64,000 bases of DNA from Amoebidium appalachense (lineage: Eukaryota > Protista > Ichthyosporea), in NCBI GenBank assembly GCA_963693365.1, contig CAVNZM010000008.1, positions 310,001 to 374,000 on the forward strand, in the 5' to 3' direction. Both the position numbers and the translations under genes were made by a program. Below, piece after piece: positions 45,974 to 64,000 of the stretch (positions are counted from its first letter, which is position 1; every line of letters starts with the position of its first letter). The notes beneath the pieces were generated by a model that did not search any database, was not told where the DNA came from, and was given only the letters and a program-made list of their open reading frames with translations.

Positions 45974-47113
45974 CGCCCTGTGACCGTTATATAGTGTGAG
46001 CAGCCCTGCACAACCGATTTGTGGCATGCTCTTGCTCACTACCTCTGATCACCACAGCCGGTGGGATCCACCCAGTGCATGTCGGTGTGCCTGCACATGT
46101 GTGTGGCTGGACGTCCGTGTGTGCATGACGCTTGCAAAAGTGCATGGCTTGGTGGAGGGTGTCTGATGTGTCGGTATTCGCTCAATAAGCCTATGTGCGT
46201 GTGCCTTTTTTACCTTTTTTTTTTTTTTTGGTGGGCACCAATGGGTATGAAACGTGGAAAAAAGGAGAAACGAATGTGCAGGCATCAAGACATCAACAAG
46301 CCCGTCATCAGAGGCCGGGGGGGCCCCCTGAGGGGTGGGGTGATGTAGGGGGGGGGGAGGGGAGGGGGGGGGGGGGGAGTACAGGGGGAGAGGAGAGAGG
46401 TGAGATCTGAAGAGCACAAACGCCGCCTTAGATGTGGGAAGGGCCACCAACCTCAGAAACTTGCTGAGCTCAGCAACGCCATAGGGGTCTTCCAGCCAGT
46501 CCTGGTTGGTGTCGGGGCCCACAGCCTGCGAAGGCTTCAGCACACACTCACCATCCTCCACCATGTAGATGGGGTACACCCTTGGTGCAGTCTGACCCAT
46601 CTCAATCTGTGTCTTGTTGGTCTTATGCCTTGCATACCGACCTGCCACCACGGTCCCGGTGCACTCACCGGTGTGGGGTGTCCAAAGAGCAGGCCACCAG
46701 TCTGCAGATAGAATGCGCGTGGTCAGTTCATGATCACTTTCAAGTTACAGTGAGGCGGTGGGTGTGGTGTGTAACTCATGAGCTGCAGTAAATATAAGCG
46801 TGATGATGTGCAGCGCAAAAAGCCCGCAGTTATAACAAGCAAGTGTGTACACAGGATGGCATAACACAACAATATCTTCTTCTGTGATCTTACAAAAAAA
46901 GTACACTGCTTTTTGTAGGCTATATAACATACTAATAACACTACTCACGCATACAGACACGCAAAAACAGGCACATAAGTAAACGACCTCTTAAATATTC
47001 CAGTTTTTCCATGTATATCTACTTGCATGAAAACCCATACTGCTCTTGCCTGTCCAACGTGCAGCAGGTATACTCCTTCTACGACTCCCACGATTCTCAC
47101 TTTCTTCCCCCCC

Positions 47114-47150
<37 letters not shown>

Positions 47151-49692
47151 ACAAAAAAATAAAATAAAATAACAATAATAAAATTAAAATAAAAACAAAA
47201 ATAAAAAAAGAAATTTCAATTGAAACTTAAAACAAAAATAAAATATAAAAATAAAAATAACAGAAAAATAAAAATAACTTGAAATAAAATATAAATATGT
47301 AGGTAGATGAATCAATGAGTGAATGAAAGCATGGTTTACTGACTAAGTGAAAGCAAGAGTTAATATCCACATCCATGCCTACACTTGTAATAATAACACA
47401 TGGCCCACATCCACACATCGGCGCGCAAATACCGTATCGAAAAGCACGCAAACACTCCATACCAATTCTAAAATCACTGGGGGACTGCTAGTACCATAAC
47501 GTGAGAAACTTTCACGTGTCTTCCCTCACCCCTGTATCTCACATCCCACACCTCCACCTCCCATGCAGATACACCATAAGCAAGCACCATTCACAGTTTC
47601 CACCAAATTACCGAAACGGCAATTTGCCTAACTGACAAGCAAGGGACCATACAAAAGGCATGAAATAACTGTGAGCTTCAACTGTGAGAAGAAAAGGAGA
47701 GATGTTGAGTAAATACACCCACCTGTGTCGGCCTTTCTGGTCACCCCCTCAAACGGCACTATGAGACGAGGCAAACCCTCGGAATACATCTCCTTGGGCC
47801 TCGGGAGCTCTTTTCAGAATGAAGTTGTTGGGGGATGTGGGGTCCACCACAAACAGCACCACGTAGGGCAGGATGAATGACATCACAACTGTGTGATAAG
47901 CGGTGTGAGTGACGGTTTGTTTATGTGTGGGTGGGTGTGCATGCGTGTAACCGTTTTTGTGTGTGTACGTGTGTGTGTGTGTAGGGTGGGGGGTGGGGGG
48001 TGGGGTGGAGGAGAGGGAGAAGCGTGTGCAGCTGTGCGCCACGGAATGTTAAACGCTTTATGGTTCACATTTGCGTTCACTTAAGTTTCCCTTCACAACC
48101 CCTCGTTTCAACCCCCTCCCCTTCCCCCCCCCCCTCCCCCCTCCCCCTCCCCCCCCCCCCCAATCCACCTCCCCCACAAACACACCCATTTGCCTTTGGC
48201 AAACAACCACGTGGACCACTGCCAGGTCACAGTTACAGTAACAATCCCTCCCTCCCCCCCCCCCCCCCCCTCCTCCCCCCCCCCCCCCCCCCCCATTCCT
48301 GAGCCTCATGCCCTCCCTTGTTTTCGTTGTGTGTTTACCCATCTAGTTAGCCTCACATCCTAGTCCTAGAAAAGCGGAGGAGGCAGAGACAGACGCATAA
48401 TTAAGCATGATTGACTTTGGAAAAGAAGCCAAAAACAACGCTAGCGTTTCAACAACCTCATCACATTTAGAAAACAAAGGGCAGAAAGTCAACTTTACAG
48501 AGCACACAGGAAGCTTGGAAAACCTACGCGAAATTGCTCATGCTGCAACGACGGTGTATTCCTCCTCCGCCGTGCCCAGTACAACTTTCTGCCGTGTGCG
48601 TCAGCTCAAACCGCCCTGCGTCTTGCCAGGTGCGGATGCTAACGTCCAGGGCCCCTAGAGCCTCAACCCGGCTGCGTGCAGTTTGCATGTCCGGGGTGCC
48701 GGCTGCTGTCTCTCTCCCCGTCACTTTCGCAGCGTCCCGCGCATCCATCCACACGTGCCATGTCCCCTCTTGAGAGCATGTGGTGTAAATCTTGAAGGTG
48801 CTGAGATAGCGCAGCCACACTGTATCCCCTTCTGCCGTGTTGGAAAGCTTGGCGGCGCGGAGGAGACCCTCAGGGGGCAGCAGTCGGGCGACAGCAAGCT
48901 CTGTCATGGTGAAAGGTTCGGAGCCAAGCAACCACTATAGTGTGCGTGTAGAAGAAGTGAACACACTTCCTGGTGTACGAGAGGTATAAGGCCGCTCGGG
49001 CACCGTGCACCCGCTTGAAACGAAAACCCATAAACGAGGCACCGAGCTAGCGGTCACAAAAGAGTAGCACAGTCCACTTCTGCCACGGTGCGGTGAATAT
49101 GGCACTTTCTGATTAGCTGAATGAAAGAATTGGCCAAGGTTAACCTCTCCTATTGCATAAACATCATGCACTTAAACTACCCAACCGAATCGCCTGTAGA
49201 CTCGGCAGCGCGCACTTACCATAAATGGCAACAGCAACCAGAGGTTTCCATTTTTGGCATCTGTCGGCTGGCTGACGTCAGGCCAGCCGGCGCCGGTCCG
49301 GGTCCGGTCCGGCGCACGCAACCGCTCCAGAGAGCGAGTCGCTTCGCGTGGATCTAAATATCTAAATACTTGGCGAATTTAGAGAACCAAAGCCGTTCTC
49401 TAAATATCTAAGTCTGCTCGATTCACGTAGAGCAGTTTAGAAACTGAGTTATCTAGATCGTAGATCGCAATTCTATTGGATAAAAGATACGTACGCAGGT
49501 TCCAAGGACCAATCGTCTCATCCCAGACATCTAGAAGACCCCTCGAGTGTGTCACTTGGCACGCGCGCGTGTGGTGACCCGAAGTGCAATCTATACATAG
49601 GCCTTTCAACCATTCGGTATACTCCCAGAGTGTTCCTGGTTTATTCAAATCCCCTTTCTTATGGTTTCGAAGAATAAATGTGTACCGCCATG

Positions 49693-49727
<35 letters not shown>

Positions 49728-49995
49728 CCCTGCGCCCCCTCTCTCTCTTTTCCCCCGGACCCCGGGCCGGTCCCCACCACCCATGCATATGGCCACACAC
49801 TGATTCCCCTGACACGGACACGTGCACAACCGTGACTGATGGAGGGATAGTATTTTAATGTAATGAGTTGATATGTGAGTGGATATGGACACACACATTC
49901 CCTTTGCTGTGACCAGCACTGCTGGCAATGAGGTTTGTAGGACACACGGGAGTGCAATGTCAAATGGGTGTGTGCTGGTGATTGCAGGTGGTGTG

Positions 49996-50055
<60 letters not shown>

Positions 50056-50428
50056 GGGCCCTCAGTGAGTGGATTGCAACTGCATTTAATGGCCCTCTGG
50101 CCCACAAGCCTAACTGCTTTCACGCATGCCCGCACCTGTCGGGCCAATATTTTATGTATCTCCCCTTCCCCTTCCCCCCCCCCCCCCCCCCCCCCCCGCC
50201 CGCCCCGCCCCCCCCCCCTTCCCCCAAGCACACATCCTACCCAAACACATGCGTTCAAAATCAAGAGCACAGAGCTAAATCCGTACGGGAAAAAAACCAG
50301 GCCAAGGGTAACAAGTCCATGCACGGACAACCTCTAGGTACAAACCGGGCACGGCCCACCCCACCCACCCAGTGGGGCCCAATGCTCTGTGCCTGGCTGC
50401 TGCCTGCACGTCATCCCCCAGGCAATGC

Positions 50429-60294
<9,866 letters not shown>

Positions 60295-60672
60295 ATGGCC
60301 GAGGCTATGCTGGGCGTGCCTGTGCGGACCAAGCAGGCCGCGTACGTGATAGGGGGCATACACACGGAGCTGCTGCTGTGCGCCTATTCCGACCGCCTGC
60401 TGGTGCTGGTGACCCAGCTGCTCAAGGTCGGCACACTGCTAGCTGCCAGCGCCCAGGCCGGCCTCGACGGACGGGCACCCACATACAGCGTCAGCACACT
60501 ACTTGGGCGCAGGGACGACCCCGTGTACCCGGTCTATGCGCGGACACTGATGGCTGCAATAGCACAAGGCGGCGAGCAGCGGCCACTGCTGCTAGGGCTG
60601 GGGCTCAAGGATGAGAGCAGCGCCACCCTGCGCACCATCGTAGATTTGGTTCTGGAGAATAAGGTGTGGTAG
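60295..60672 (+). CDS. PSMG3: Proteasome assembly chaperone 3 (PAC3), single exon
   Basis: 125-aa ORF with TKQAA..I.GIHTE....AYSDRLLVLVTQ..KVGTL, YSVSTLLGRRDDP, RPLLLGLGLKD and a C-terminal LENKVW, typical of PSMG3. Confidence 0.9.
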   Translation: MAEAMLGVPVRTKQAAYVIGGIHTELLLCAYSDRLLVLVTQLLKVGTLLAASAQAGLDGRAPTYSVSTLLGRRDDPVYPVYARTLMAAIAQGGEQRPLLLGLGLKDESSATLRTIVDLVLENKVW

Positions 60673-61923
60673 CATGGCATGCCCACACAGCCACGGCCAC
60701 AGCAACAGCCACTGCACCAAGTGGTCTGGGGCAGCCCACCAACAGCCCTTGCGGCTAGCAGCACCGTTCAGACTGCCAGTTGGCGCCTGAACCTGGTCTC
60801 AGCACCTAGCCCCCCGCTCCCCACCCACCTGCCGCTGCTGCTGCCGGCAGATCACCACTGCCTTCATAAACAACATGGTGGCGCGTTGCGGATCAAAGCA
60901 AAGACGGGCCCTCAGCGCAGGTGTAAATATATGTAATAGAGGCTGGCCCTCAAACCCTGTATTTGTTGGTGTTGAGGCCATCCGCTAATGATGGTTCCTA
61001 AGCTGGCCAATACTCGGTCCAACGGGCTCCCCAAACCCCTCCCCCCTTCTTCCCCGAGCCTCCCCCCTACTCGCCATTATTTCAAATCTCGAAACCGCAC
61101 CTCTCTCTTGGGCCCAGCATTAGATGTGTGTCTTTTTCCTTGACCAGAAACAGGTGCAGCCCCCTGGACAGCTAGATATGTTCCTATGCTCCAACCCCTC
61201 TAGAGTGCAGAAGAACGTGCCTGCACCCTTTACCCATTAACCGTTCGCAACCTTGCCAGCCAGAATGTAGCGCGATTGATCAGACCCGTTCCTGGGGTGG
61301 GGGTAGTGCGTGTGTGGCGGCAACATCAGCACCAGGCTACTCCCATCCGCACGTTGTATGTGTGGACGCCTGCCTGAAGTTGTGCTCGTAGTAGCAGCTG
61401 CAAGGGCCGTATGTGCACACTGGTCGACCTGGTGGCCAGTCACGTTACAGGAAAGGAGCTGTATTGAGGGTGGCCACGCGTGCACATACAAAAGGGTGTG
61501 TAATTTGGAAGTGCTGGTCCTGCCAGCTCAGCCGGTACCGGTTGCATCTTTGTGTTTTGTGTTCTTCAAAGGCCTCTTGTCGCACCGCGCAAGTTGGCAC
61601 AACTGGCTCCAGCTGGCCCGTGCTGCCTGCGGAAGGCGGGAGGGGAATTTGGCGCGTAAAAGGGTAAACTTTAGAAAAAGGTTGAAAGCAGTGCGATTTT
61701 TGTGTGATGTAAACTTGAAAGTTATGACGAGAGATGACTTTTGTCCTTTTAGATTTACTGTTTGCGCTATCACAGAAATCGCACATGTACAGCGCAGCAT
61801 GCAGAAGCTGTGCAGTATGCAGCTGTAGTGTACCACTATGATGATACAGTTTATATAGTCTTAGTCCTGCCAAGTCATCAATAAAAACACCCTCTCTGCC
61901 GCCAGTGTGCGCTAGCAGCCAGG

Positions 61924-63791
<1,868 letters not shown>

Positions 63792-63865
63792 GTAGGAATT
63801 TGCACACACACAAACACACACATGCACACACACCCACTCACACATACACATACACACACAAACAC

Positions 63866-63924
<59 letters not shown>

Positions 63925-64000
63925 CACACACACACACGTGCATGCATACACATAGACACGTACCTTCGCGCGCGTGCACACACACACACAGACACACACA

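Noticed and set aside
61225-61670. piggyBac-like ends (TTAACCG.. / ..AAAGGGTAAA) and overlapping ORFs between PSMG3 and DIS3
   Set aside because: The inverted match is too short, there is no TTAA duplication, and the ORFs show no recognisable motifs.

Overview
Eukaryotic, intron-dense genomic DNA. It is most consistent with a unicellular opisthokont/holozoan-like organism (inference from twinfilin, THOC7, a Cx2Cx18Cx2C GATA factor and a retained minor-spliceosome intron). Nearly all of the supplied ORF track is noise from (CA/GT)n, (GA)n and poly-G/C tracts. Splicing exons by hand recovers, in order: 5' end of an unknown minus-strand gene, twinfilin (+), a GATA zinc-finger factor (-), RPB11 (+), THOC7 (-), oligopeptidase A (+), WD40-cyclophilin PPWD1 (-), a decayed RNase H-bearing retroelement, SRP54 (-), an intronless PSMG3/PAC3 (+) and the 5' part of DIS3/RRP44 (+). 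The most notable signals are in the introns: (1) a well-supported U12-type AT-AC intron in twinfilin; (2) recurrent intronic tandem repeats whose unit copies the adjacent splice junction or branch point; (3) G-rich 3' splice regions with little or no polypyrimidine tract; (4) intronic MITEs, one with a perfect 9-bp TSD; (5) four repeated symmetric micro-exons in PPWD1; (6) two convergent genes whose stop codons are 12 bp apart. Gene names come from recognising motifs by eye, not from database searches. Exon coordinates were counted manually and may be off by a few bases.
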